Positions 48,078 to 57,371 of a DNA stretch of 64,000 bases are shown one piece after another. This stretch comes from Polyangiales bacterium (GTDB lineage Bacteria; Myxococcota_A; Polyangia; Polyangiales; Ga0077539). The first letter of the stretch is position 1; each line of letters starts with the position of its first letter. The position numbers were made by a program, and so were the translations under genes. The stretch lies in the NCBI GenBank assembly GCA_044229975.1, contig JBGARZ010000019.1, forward strand, positions 1 through 64,000, read 5' to 3'. A model generated the notes under the pieces. The model did not search any database and had not been told where the DNA came from. It was given only the letters and a program-made list of their open reading frames with translations.

Positions 48078-49649
48078 ATGCCGACGATGCGAGAGCGGGT
48101 GGCGGCGCTGGAGGCCCGGCGCGCCAAGGTCGAGGAGATGGGCGGGGCCGACAAGGTCGCCCGCCAGCACGAGCGCGGAAAGCTCACGGCGCGCGAGCGC
48201 TTCGCCCTCTTCTTCGACGGCGGAACCTTCTTCGAAGTAGGCGCCCACGGCACGCAGATGGGCATCGCGGCGGGCGCCGACGGCAGCGACAAGCCCGCGG
48301 CCGACGCCGTGGTGTGCGGCTTCGGCAAGGTCGACGGGCGCGTGGTCTGCGCAGCGGCGTACGACTTCACCGTGAAGGGCGGGTCCATCGGTGAGGTGGG
48401 CGAGGTGAAGGTCACCCGCATGCGGGAGATGGCGTTGAAGGGCCGTCACCCGATGGTGTGGTTCATCGACTCGGCGGGGGCGCGCATCGAGCCGGGGCGC
48501 GGGAGCGAGGACGAGATCTCGCGCTTCGCCGGCAGCGGGCATCTCTTCCGCGAAGAGGTCTTGATGAGCGGCGTCGTCCCGCAGGTGGCCGCCATGGTGG
48601 GCCCCGGCGCGGCGGGCACGGCGTACATCCCGGGCCTCTCGGACTTCGTCCCGATGGTGAAGAACATCGGCTCCATGGCCCTCGCCGGCCCGCCGCTCGT
48701 GAAGGCCGTCACGGGCGAGGAGGTGGAGGAGCAGGCGCTCGGCGGGTCGAAGGTTCACTGCGAGGTGAGCGGCGTCGGCGACGGCGAGTACCCCGACGAC
48801 GCGAGCTGCATCGCGGCGGTGCGCACATACCTCTCGTACTTCCCGTCGCACTGCGAAGAAGCGCCTCCCGTGCTGCCCTGCACCGACCCCGTCGACCGTC
48901 GGGAGGAGTCCCTGCTCGACCTGGTGCCCGACTCACCGCGGCGCGCGTTCGACATGTACAAGGTCATCCGCGCGGTGGTCGACGTGGGGAGCGTCTTCGA
49001 CATCAAGCCACGCTTCGCGCGCAACCTCATCACCTGCCTCGCGCGCATCAACGGACGCTCGGTGGGTGTCGTCGCCAACAACCCGATGCAGCTCGGCGGC
49101 GTGCTCGACATCGACGCCGCCGACAAGGGCGCGCACTTCATCCAGCTCTGTGATGCGTTCAACATCCCGCTGGTGTTCTTCCAGGACACGCCGGGCTTCA
49201 TGGTGGGCACCAAGGTCGAGCACGCGGGCATCATCCGGCACGGCGCCAAGATGATGCACGCCATGAGCGCGGCGACGGTTCCGAAGCTCACGGTGGTCAC
49301 GCGCAAGGCGTACGGCGCGGGGTACTTCGTGATGTGCGGCCGGGCCTACGAGCCCGACCTGCTGGTGGCCTGGCCCGGCGCGGAGATCTCCGTGATGGGC
49401 GCCGAGGGGATGGTCGGCATCGCGGGGCGAAAGCTCTTCCGCGGTGAGGCGATGCCCCCGGAGATCAAGCAGCAGATGGTGGAGATGATCCAGGGGTACA
49501 TCGACGTGTACAAGGTCGCGGGCTGGGGGCTCGTCGACGACGTCATCGACCCGCGCGACACGCGCCGCGTGCTGGCGATGGGCCTCGAGCTCGCCGCCCA
49601 CAAGAAGGTCGAGCGCCCGTACCGCAAGCGCGGCGTCATCCCGGTCTGA
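48078..49649 (+). CDS. Acyl-CoA carboxylase carboxyltransferase (beta) subunit
   Basis: GKLTARER, DSAGARI, DTPGFMVG, RKAYGAG, IDPRDTR. Confidence 0.93.
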   Translation: MPTMRERVAALEARRAKVEEMGGADKVARQHERGKLTARERFALFFDGGTFFEVGAHGTQMGIAAGADGSDKPAADAVVCGFGKVDGRVVCAAAYDFTVKGGSIGEVGEVKVTRMREMALKGRHPMVWFIDSAGARIEPGRGSEDEISRFAGSGHLFREEVLMSGVVPQVAAMVGPGAAGTAYIPGLSDFVPMVKNIGSMALAGPPLVKAVTGEEVEEQALGGSKVHCEVSGVGDGEYPDDASCIAAVRTYLSYFPSHCEEAPPVLPCTDPVDRREESLLDLVPDSPRRAFDMYKVIRAVVDVGSVFDIKPRFARNLITCLARINGRSVGVVANNPMQLGGVLDIDAADKGAHFIQLCDAFNIPLVFFQDTPGFMVGTKVEHAGIIRHGAKMMHAMSAATVPKLTVVTRKAYGAGYFVMCGRAYEPDLLVAWPGAEISVMGAEGMVGIAGRKLFRGEAMPPEIKQQMVEMIQGYIDVYKVAGWGLVDDVIDPRDTRRVLAMGLELAAHKKVERPYRKRGVIPV

Positions 49650-49657
49650 CCCGTCTC

Positions 49658-50842
49658 CTACGAAGCGCTCTCGGCGTCGCGCCACCCACGCACCCACGCA
49701 CCCAGGTCGGCCCAGGCCAGTGGGCGCGCGAAGTAGTACCCCTGCCCGAGGTCTGCCCCCGCGGCGGTGATGAGGTCGGCCACGCGCTCGGTCTCGATGC
49801 CTTCGGCCACGATGGCGATGCCGAGGTCCTTCGCGAGCGACACCGAGCTCGCGACGATGGCGCGCGCGGCCGGGTCGCGGTCCATCACGCGCACGAACTG
49901 GAGGTCGATCTTCATCTCGTCGAAGGGAACGCGGTGGAGCATCTCCAGCGACGCGTGCCCGGTGCCGAAGTCGTCGAGCGTGAGGCCGAAGCCCTTCAGC
50001 CGTAGCCGCGTGAGGATGTCGAGCGCGATCACGGCGCTGTCGGCGACGGAGGTCTCGGTCACCTCGAAGCGCAGGCCGTCGGCGCGGCGGCCGGCGTCGC
50101 GGACGCGGCGCATCACCTGATCGGGAAACCCGCGGTCGACGAGCGCGGCGGGCGGCAGGTTGATGGAGAGCGGGACGGCGCCGTGGTGGCCGAAGGTCGC
50201 CGGGTTGAACTCCCGCAGCGCGACGTCGATCACCTCGTGGGTGAGCGCGAGGGCGAGCCCGTTGCGCTCGGCGAGCGCGATGAAGGTCGCGGGCGAGAGG
50301 AGCCCGCGCTCGGGGTGGCGCCACCGGACGAGGGCCTCGACGCCCACCCAGCGACGCGTGCGGAGGTGAATGAGCGGCTGGTAGTGCACCTCGAGCTCGT
50401 GGCGCGCGAGGGCGCGGCGAAGCTCGTCGAGCGGGGGAATGGCCGCGTCGGTTCTCTCCGTCGTCGGGGCCGGGCGTCGCGCGCGGAGCTGCTCCCGGAT
50501 GGCCTCGATGCGGAGCGGCTTCTCCAGCAGGCCGACGACGCTGAGGCCGAGCTGCGTGGCGAGCGCCGAGGTCGAGTGGAGCACCCGGCGGCTCATGCCG
50601 CTCATCAGCACGATGTCGGTGCGGCAGTCGGCCTCGGCGAGCAGGCGGAGCACCTCGACGCCGTCGAGCTGCGGCATCGCGAGGTCGAGCACGATGAGGC
50701 TCGGCTTGCGGTGTAGCGCATCCAGCAGCAGGGCGGGGTCGCTGAACTCGACGGCGTCGAGGCCCAGCGAACGCGCGACGCGGGCGACGAGTCCGCTGAT
50801 GAGCGGCTCGTCGTCGAGGACGAGTAGGAGAGGCGTAGTCAC
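49658..50842 (-). CDS. Response regulator with EAL (c-di-GMP phosphodiesterase) domain
   Basis: REC VLDD..LDLAMP..KP; YQP, EALVRW, EVTE, DDFGTG, AEGIET, QGYYF. Confidence 0.92.
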   Translation of the reverse strand: MTTPLLLVLDDEPLISGLVARVARSLGLDAVEFSDPALLLDALHRKPSLIVLDLAMPQLDGVEVLRLLAEADCRTDIVLMSGMSRRVLHSTSALATQLGLSVVGLLEKPLRIEAIREQLRARRPAPTTERTDAAIPPLDELRRALARHELEVHYQPLIHLRTRRWVGVEALVRWRHPERGLLSPATFIALAERNGLALALTHEVIDVALREFNPATFGHHGAVPLSINLPPAALVDRGFPDQVMRRVRDAGRRADGLRFEVTETSVADSAVIALDILTRLRLKGFGLTLDDFGTGHASLEMLHRVPFDEMKIDLQFVRVMDRDPAARAIVASSVSLAKDLGIAIVAEGIETERVADLITAAGADLGQGYYFARPLAWADLGAWVRGWRDAESAS

Positions 50843-50963
50843 AGGGAGACCGGTGCCTCCAGGGGTGTCGGTTGTTGAGAGCCGTGAGAGCTCCGATAGC
50901 TCTATCGGCCTATCTCCGATCTCCTTGAGGAGGGCGGGGGCGGAATTGACCCTTGAGGGGCGA

Positions 50964-52523
50964 TTACTGAAACGACTTGGTCGGCGCCATGGCCTCGGCG
51001 CCGTCGACCTTCACCTCGCAGCCGAACACCTCTTCCATGAGGTCGGCCTTGCGGAGGGCGGTCCAGCGTTCGAGGGCGAGGTCCTTCTCGCCCGCGGTGC
51101 GCGGGTTGGGCGTCGCCCGCAGCGCGATGCGACCGGGCGTGATGCGAACGGCGAGGTCGAGCACCTTTCCCTGATGTTCGCGGTCGAAGGCGTCGGCCAC
51201 GCGCAGCAGCGCCGCGAGCTTGCGCACGACCGTCCGCAGGCGCCGATCGAGCTTGCGAAAGCCCGGGTGCGACAGGTCAGGCAACGACTTGCGGTGGTAG
51301 CGCGCGACGTTGGCGACGACCTCCTTCTGCTCGGGCGTGAGGCCCATGAGATCGGAGTGCGTGATGAGGTAGTAGGTGTGCTTGTGGTGCGCGTCGAAGC
51401 CCACGAAGTCGCCCGCGTCGTGCAGGAGGGCGGCGAGCTTGAGCAGCGAGCGCTCCTCGGGGCCGAGGTGGTGCAGGTCGGCGCACTGGTCGAAGAGCGA
51501 CAGCGCCATGGCGGCGACGTGCTGCGCGTGCGCCTCGTCGAAGCGGTACTTGCGACCGAGCGCGAGGGCCTGCGCCTCGACCTCGGCGGCCTCGCCCGGC
51601 ACGTCCCACACCCGAAACGCGCGGTCGACCAGCTCGGCGAGGATGCCGTCCTTCAGGCCGACGCCCGGCGTGACCACGGCCCGCGCGCCCACGGCTTCAG
51701 CCACCGCCGACAGCACGAAGAGCGCAGGAACGATCACGTCGGCGCGGTCGCCCCGGAGGCCGTAGCGCTCGCGGCGCGCCTTCGGGGGGAGGGCGGCCAT
51801 CTCGTCGCGCAGGGTGAGCATGGCGGCGACGTCGATGCCGATGCCGTCGTCGGTGGCGAAGGGGCAGAGCGCGGCGATGGCCTCGGCGTTGCCGCCCGTC
51901 GCGACCACGAGGTCGGGCTTCGCGCCGGGGAGAAACTCGGCCTCGGTGAGCGATCGCTCGATGTACTCGACGAGCAGCGTGCGGCGCTCGACGGAGACGG
52001 CGGCGTCGTGTTCGAGGAAGGCCTCGTGGAGGCGCACGGTGCCCATCGGGAGCGACACCGACGCGTGGGGCGCCTGGTCGGCGAGGAGGGTGAGCTCGAC
52101 GCTGCCGCCGCCGATGTCGACGAGCAGCGCGCGGCGCCCCTTGAGGTCGACGGCGTGGCGCACCGCGACGAGGACGAGGCGGGCCTCCTCGACGCCTTCG
52201 ATGACGTCGAGCTTGATGCCGGCTTCGCGCTCGGCGCGCTCGACGAGGAGGTCGGCGTTTTGTGCTTCGCGCACGGCGCTGGTGGCCACGGCGCGATACC
52301 CGTCGACGCCCGCCTCGCGCATCACGTCGCGGAAGGCCTTGAGCGCGTCGACGGCTTCGAGCGCGGCGGATGGCGCGAGGCGTCCGGTGAGGAAGACATC
52401 GTGCCCGAGGCGGACGGGCGCCCGCTCGGCGGCGACCTCGCGCACCTGATCAGGGGAGGTCGCCTCGACCACCCGGAGGCGCATGGCGTTGGAACCGACG
52501 TCGATGGCGGCGAAGCGCGGCAT
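50964..52523 (-). CDS. ppx: Ppx/GppA exopolyphosphatase with HD domain
   Basis: AAIDVGSN, ATSAVREA, DIGGGSVE, LLHDAG, ARYHRK. Confidence 0.92.
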   Translation of the reverse strand: MPRFAAIDVGSNAMRLRVVEATSPDQVREVAAERAPVRLGHDVFLTGRLAPSAALEAVDALKAFRDVMREAGVDGYRAVATSAVREAQNADLLVERAEREAGIKLDVIEGVEEARLVLVAVRHAVDLKGRRALLVDIGGGSVELTLLADQAPHASVSLPMGTVRLHEAFLEHDAAVSVERRTLLVEYIERSLTEAEFLPGAKPDLVVATGGNAEAIAALCPFATDDGIGIDVAAMLTLRDEMAALPPKARRERYGLRGDRADVIVPALFVLSAVAEAVGARAVVTPGVGLKDGILAELVDRAFRVWDVPGEAAEVEAQALALGRKYRFDEAHAQHVAAMALSLFDQCADLHHLGPEERSLLKLAALLHDAGDFVGFDAHHKHTYYLITHSDLMGLTPEQKEVVANVARYHRKSLPDLSHPGFRKLDRRLRTVVRKLAALLRVADAFDREHQGKVLDLAVRITPGRIALRATPNPRTAGEKDLALERWTALRKADLMEEVFGCEVKVDGAEAMAPTKSFQ

Positions 52524-52591
52524 GAGGGTGGCCGTTCACTTACGACAGAACGGGGCGCGGGTGCAGGGCAGTATCGGTGACGAGGGGGCGT

Positions 52592-54190
52592 TCAGCGCGG
52601 GATGACCATGACGACACGCTCGTCCTGGCCGGGGGCGAGGGTCACTCGGCGGGAGATGCTGCGGCCGCCGCGCTGGGAGGCGACGAGGGTGTGCGGTCCG
52701 GGAGCGACGGTGGCGCGCCGGGTGGGGAGCGGGCGCCCGTCGAGGGTGACGTCGCCCCACGGCTGCACGGTGACGGTGAGCGTCGCGGGTTGCACGATGG
52801 TCGGAGGTGGCGCAGCGACGACGACGGGCGGATGGGTTGGCGGCGGCGTCACGGGTGGCGGTGTCACGGGTGGCGGCGTCACGGATGGCGGCTGCGGCGG
52901 CGGGGTGTGGACGACGGCGGGCGGTGGCGCCTGGTCGGCGGGCGTCCCGCGCGTGGCGAACAGCGCGACACCGACGAGCGCCAGGAGGACGAGCGCCGGG
53001 ACGGCCGCGCGGCGCACGAACGAACGCGGGGTGGGCGTGGCCACGGGCGCGCTCGGTGTGGTGGCGGCGAAGGGCAGGCTGGTGGAGGTGGGCTCCGGCG
53101 ACGCGATGGGCGCGACGATCGGCGGCGGCACCGGCGTGAACACGGGCGGCGGGGTGATGGCTGTCTCTTCGCCGCTGGAGGCGTCGTAGACGGCGGTGGG
53201 TTCGGCGAGGGCGCGGCTGGGGCGGGTGGACTCCAGCACGAAGGGCTTCGGCGCGGCCCCGATGGCAGGCGTCACGACCGACGCCTGGTCGGGATAGAAC
53301 TCCGCGAGCAGCGTCGTCAGCGAGCGCCCGCCGGTCGCGAAGGGGATCGTCTGGAGCGCATCGAGGGCGGCCGCCGCCGTGGGGAAGCGCTGCTGCATGT
53401 CGAGCTTGAGCAGCGTGTCGACCCACTTCTCGACGGCGGGAGGGACGTCGGGGCGGAGCGTTCGGAGCGCCGCGCGCTCGCCGCGGAGCATGGTGGAGAT
53501 GACCTCGCGGTCCTTGCCCTGGAAGGGTCGCTGACCCGCGATGAGCTCGTAGGCGCAGATGCCGAGCGCGAAGAGGTCGGTGCGACCGTCGAGGGTTTTT
53601 CCCGTGGCCTGCTCGGGGGCCATGTACGAGAGCTTGCCCTTCACGAGGTCGCCCTGCGTGTGGTGCAGGCGCGAGGTGGCCTTGGCGATGCCGAAGTCCG
53701 AGAGCTTCACCTCGCCCGCGTAGCTGACGAGCACGTTGTGGGGCGTGACGTCGCGGTGGACGATGTCGAGGGCGACGCCGTTGTCGTGCTTGCCGTGGGC
53801 GTACTCCAGGCCGCGCAGCACCTCCGACAGGATGAACAGCGCCGCGTCGATGGGGATGCGCCGCCCCTCGGCGACGAGACGCTTGCCGAGGCGGGCGACG
53901 TCGATGCCGTGCACCCACTCCATGCAGATGTAGAGCTGCCCGTCGGTGCTGCCGAAGTCGTCGATGGCGACGATGTTGCTGTGACGCAGCCGCGAGCAGA
54001 TGCGCGCCTCGTCGATGAACATCTGCACGAAGGACGAGTCGCCGCTGAGGTTGGGGCGGATGCGCTTGATGCAGACCTCGCGGCGGAAATCCATGGCGCC
54101 GCGGCGCTCGCCGAAGAAGATCTCGGCCATGCCCCCCTGGGCGATCTTCTCGCGCAGCACATAGGGCCCGAATCGTTCGCCCTCGTACAT
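52592..54190 (-). CDS. Ser/Thr protein kinase with TM and PEGA-like C-terminus
   Basis: VCIK, HRDVTPHN, DFG, YMAPEQ; VQPWGDVTLDG. Confidence 0.92.
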   Translation of the reverse strand: MYEGERFGPYVLREKIAQGGMAEIFFGERRGAMDFRREVCIKRIRPNLSGDSSFVQMFIDEARICSRLRHSNIVAIDDFGSTDGQLYICMEWVHGIDVARLGKRLVAEGRRIPIDAALFILSEVLRGLEYAHGKHDNGVALDIVHRDVTPHNVLVSYAGEVKLSDFGIAKATSRLHHTQGDLVKGKLSYMAPEQATGKTLDGRTDLFALGICAYELIAGQRPFQGKDREVISTMLRGERAALRTLRPDVPPAVEKWVDTLLKLDMQQRFPTAAAALDALQTIPFATGGRSLTTLLAEFYPDQASVVTPAIGAAPKPFVLESTRPSRALAEPTAVYDASSGEETAITPPPVFTPVPPPIVAPIASPEPTSTSLPFAATTPSAPVATPTPRSFVRRAAVPALVLLALVGVALFATRGTPADQAPPPAVVHTPPPQPPSVTPPPVTPPPVTPPPTHPPVVVAAPPPTIVQPATLTVTVQPWGDVTLDGRPLPTRRATVAPGPHTLVASQRGGRSISRRVTLAPGQDERVVMVIPR

Positions 54191-54305
54191 TCGAGCGAGC
54201 GTAGAGGGGCGGTGCACAAAGGCCAAGGGGGATGTTGGGGGCGTCCGTGTAGGCGGGCGTTCGGCAGCGGCGGGGGGAGCGGCGGTGAGGTACGGTCGCG
54301 CCGCC

Positions 54306-56168
54306 ATGACGACGACCACCACCGCCTCGCTGGACTCCACCCTGCGCGCGCTCAAGGACGACTTCCTCCGGCTGCACACCACCAAGGAAGACCTCTTCTG
54401 GTCCGCGAAGATGGGCCTCGCCGACGACCCCGACGCCGCCCAGAAGGCGCTCTCGGTCGCCGAGGTCGCCATGAACCGCTTCCTCCAGGACCCCGCCGCC
54501 CTCGGTCGTCTGCGCTCTCTGCGCGCCACCGACGAAGGCACCGCCGCGCAGCGCCACGTACTCGACGGCTGGATCGCCCTCTTCGCCGCCAACAGCATCG
54601 AGAGCCCCGAGGCGCGCGCCCTCTCCGAGGAGATCGTCCACCTCGAAGGCGAGGTGCAGCGCGCTCGCGGTCAGATGAAGCTCGGGTTCATCGACCCGGC
54701 GACGGGGGAGTTCGAGGCAGCGGGCAGCAACAAGCTCTCGCTCATGTTGCGCAACGACCCCGACCCCAAGCGTCGGCGCGCCGCGTACGAGGGCCTGCGC
54801 TCCATCGAGACCTTCGTGCTGGAGAAGGGCTTCCTCGACGTGGTGAAGAAGCGCAACGCCCTCGGGCGCATGCTCGGCCACTCGGACTACTACGCGTGGA
54901 GGGTTCACACCGTCGAGCGCATGACGAAGGCCGAGCTCTTCGGCGCCCTCGACGACCTCGCCGCCCGCACCGCCGACCGCGCCCGCACGGAGCTCGCGGC
55001 CTTCGAGAAGCAGCACGGCCCCGGCTCCCTCGACCCCTGGAACTTCCTCTTCCTCCGCGCAGGCAAGCTCGCCGCCGCGCTCGATCCGTACTTCGGCTTC
55101 GGCCCGGCGGTGCGCCGCTGGGGGCGCTCGTTCGCGGCGCTGGGCGTCCGCTTCCGCGGGGCGACGCTGACGCTCGACCTCGTCGACCGCGCGGGCAAGT
55201 ACGAAAACGGCTTCATGCACGGCCCCGGCATCGGCTTCTCCGACGACGGCGTGTGGCGCCCGGCGCGCATCAACTTCACCGCCAACGCCGTGCGCGGTGC
55301 GGTGGGCAGCGGGCTGCGTGCGAGCGAGACGCTCTTCCATGAAGGCGGCCACGCGGCGCACTTCAGCAACATCGACGGCGACGCGCCGTGCTTCGCGCAG
55401 GAGTTCGCGCCGACCTCGGTGGCCTACGCCGAGACGCAGTCGATGTTCATGGACTCGATGCTGGAGGACGCGGACTGGCGCGCGCGCTACCTCACCGACG
55501 CCGCGGGCAACCCCATCCCGACGGCGCTCATCGAGGAGGCCATCGCCGAGTCGCAGCCGATGAAGCCGTGGGACATCCGCGCGATGCTCACCGTCCCGAT
55601 GGCCGAGCGGCGGCTCTACGAGCTCTCCGACGACGAGCTGACGCCGGAGCGGGTGCTGAGGATGTTCCGCGAGGTGGAGGTGGAGCTTCAGGGGCTGAGC
55701 AGCGGGACGCGCCCGGTGCTGGCCGTTCCGCACCTGCTCGCGGGCGAGGCGAGCGCCTACTACCACGGCTATGTGATGGCCGAGATGGCGGTGCACCAGA
55801 CGCGCGCCTTCTTCCTCCAGCGCGACGGGCACCTCGTGGACAACCCGAAGATCGGGCCCGACCTCGCGAAGCACTACTGGTCGCCGGGCAACGCCGTGAC
55901 CTTCAACGACACGCTGCGCTCGCTCACCGGGTCAGCCCTGTCAGCGGACGCCATCGTCGCCAACTGCAACCTCACCGTCGACGAGGCCGTGGCGCAGGGT
56001 CGCGCGTCCATCGCGAAGCTGCCGGGCATCAAGGCCCACGAAGGGCCGATCGACCTCAACGTGACCGTGCGGTTGATGCACGGGCGCGAGCTCATCGGCA
56101 GCTCGGAGGGCTCGACCTTCGAGCGCGTCGCCGACGACTTCGAGGCGTGGATCGGTCGCGAGGCGTGA
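54306..56168 (+). CDS. M3 family oligopeptidase
   Basis: RAGKYENGF, TLFHEGGHAAH, AETQSMF. Confidence 0.88.
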   Translation: MTTTTTASLDSTLRALKDDFLRLHTTKEDLFWSAKMGLADDPDAAQKALSVAEVAMNRFLQDPAALGRLRSLRATDEGTAAQRHVLDGWIALFAANSIESPEARALSEEIVHLEGEVQRARGQMKLGFIDPATGEFEAAGSNKLSLMLRNDPDPKRRRAAYEGLRSIETFVLEKGFLDVVKKRNALGRMLGHSDYYAWRVHTVERMTKAELFGALDDLAARTADRARTELAAFEKQHGPGSLDPWNFLFLRAGKLAAALDPYFGFGPAVRRWGRSFAALGVRFRGATLTLDLVDRAGKYENGFMHGPGIGFSDDGVWRPARINFTANAVRGAVGSGLRASETLFHEGGHAAHFSNIDGDAPCFAQEFAPTSVAYAETQSMFMDSMLEDADWRARYLTDAAGNPIPTALIEEAIAESQPMKPWDIRAMLTVPMAERRLYELSDDELTPERVLRMFREVEVELQGLSSGTRPVLAVPHLLAGEASAYYHGYVMAEMAVHQTRAFFLQRDGHLVDNPKIGPDLAKHYWSPGNAVTFNDTLRSLTGSALSADAIVANCNLTVDEAVAQGRASIAKLPGIKAHEGPIDLNVTVRLMHGRELIGSSEGSTFERVADDFEAWIGREA

Positions 56169-57313
56169 GCGTTCCAGGTTCGCTGAGGTTCTTCGCGACG
56201 GCGGCCAAGGGCACGGAGCCGGCGCTGCGAGACGAGCTGCGCGCGATGCGCTTCTGGCACGTTCGCGCCGACCGCGGCGGGGTGCACTTCGAGGGCGCGC
56301 TCGCGGACGGGATGCGCGCGTGCCTCCACAGCCGCATCGCGATGCGGGTGCTGCTGGAGCGCGGTCGCTTCGCGGCGAAGGGCGAGCAGGCGCTCTACGA
56401 CGGCGTTCGGGCGCTCGGCTGGAACGACCAGGTCACCCCGAAGCACACCGTCGCGGTGTCGGCGACGTGCCGCAGCTCGCAGCTCACGCACTCGCAGTTC
56501 ATCGCCCTGAAGGTGAAGGACGCGATCGTCGACGAGGTGCGCGACCTGCACGGGCGGCGCCCCGACGTCGACCCGAAGACGCCCGACGTCTCGGTGGTGG
56601 TGCGGCTGGTGAAGGACGAGGCCACCGTGTACCTCGACCTCGCGGGCGAGGCGCTGCACAAGCGCGGCTACCGCGTGGCGACGGTCGAGGCCGTGATGAA
56701 GGAGAACCTCGCGGCGGCCGTGCTGCGCATGGGCGGCTGGGACGCGACGACCGACCTCATCGACCCGGTGTGCGGCGCCGGGACGCTCGCCATCGAGGCG
56801 GCGATGATGGCGTGCCGCGTGGCGCCCGGACTGCGCCGACGCTTCGGCTTCGAGCGGTGGCCGACCTTCGACCAGAGCGCCTCCAACGAGTGGGAGGCGA
56901 TGCTCGAAGCGGCCAACGCGGCGGTGCTCACCGAGTGCCCGGTGAAGATCACGGCCACGGACGTGGCACCCGAGGCCGTCGACGTGACGAAGCACAACCT
57001 CGCGGCGGCGGGCGTGGCGGGCGCCGTCACGGTGCAGCGGCGGGACGCGCGCTCGTACGCACAAGAAGACGGTCCGGCGTGGGTGGTGGCTGATCCGCCG
57101 TACGGCGGGAGGTTGGCCGCGCAGCCGTTGCAGCTCGCGGGCTTCTTCCGTCAGTGGGGCGAGTCGATGCGCGCGATGACGGGGAGCACGGTGGTGCTCA
57201 TCTCGGGCAACCCGATGGTGGAGCGCAACCTCGGGCTGAAGCCCGACCTGGAGCACACGCTCTACAACGGCGACATCGAGTGCCGGCTGCTGCGCTACCG
57301 GATTGGTGCGTAG
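56165..57313 (+). CDS. THUMP-domain SAM-dependent RNA methyltransferase (RlmL-like)
   Basis: FFATAAKGTE, LHKRGYR, KENLAAA, DPVCGAGT, DPPYG. Confidence 0.88.
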   Translation: MSVPGSLRFFATAAKGTEPALRDELRAMRFWHVRADRGGVHFEGALADGMRACLHSRIAMRVLLERGRFAAKGEQALYDGVRALGWNDQVTPKHTVAVSATCRSSQLTHSQFIALKVKDAIVDEVRDLHGRRPDVDPKTPDVSVVVRLVKDEATVYLDLAGEALHKRGYRVATVEAVMKENLAAAVLRMGGWDATTDLIDPVCGAGTLAIEAAMMACRVAPGLRRRFGFERWPTFDQSASNEWEAMLEAANAAVLTECPVKITATDVAPEAVDVTKHNLAAAGVAGAVTVQRRDARSYAQEDGPAWVVADPPYGGRLAAQPLQLAGFFRQWGESMRAMTGSTVVLISGNPMVERNLGLKPDLEHTLYNGDIECRLLRYRIGA

Positions 57314-57327
57314 GGGGGGGAGGGAAC

Positions 57328-57358
57328 CCTCGGCTGCGGTCAGGTGACGCAGCCGAGG
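57328..57358. terminator. Hairpin between convergent genes
   Basis: CCTCGGCTGCG-N9-CGCAGCCGAGG. Confidence 0.6.
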
Positions 57359-57371
57359 CGAGGGCGGCGGG

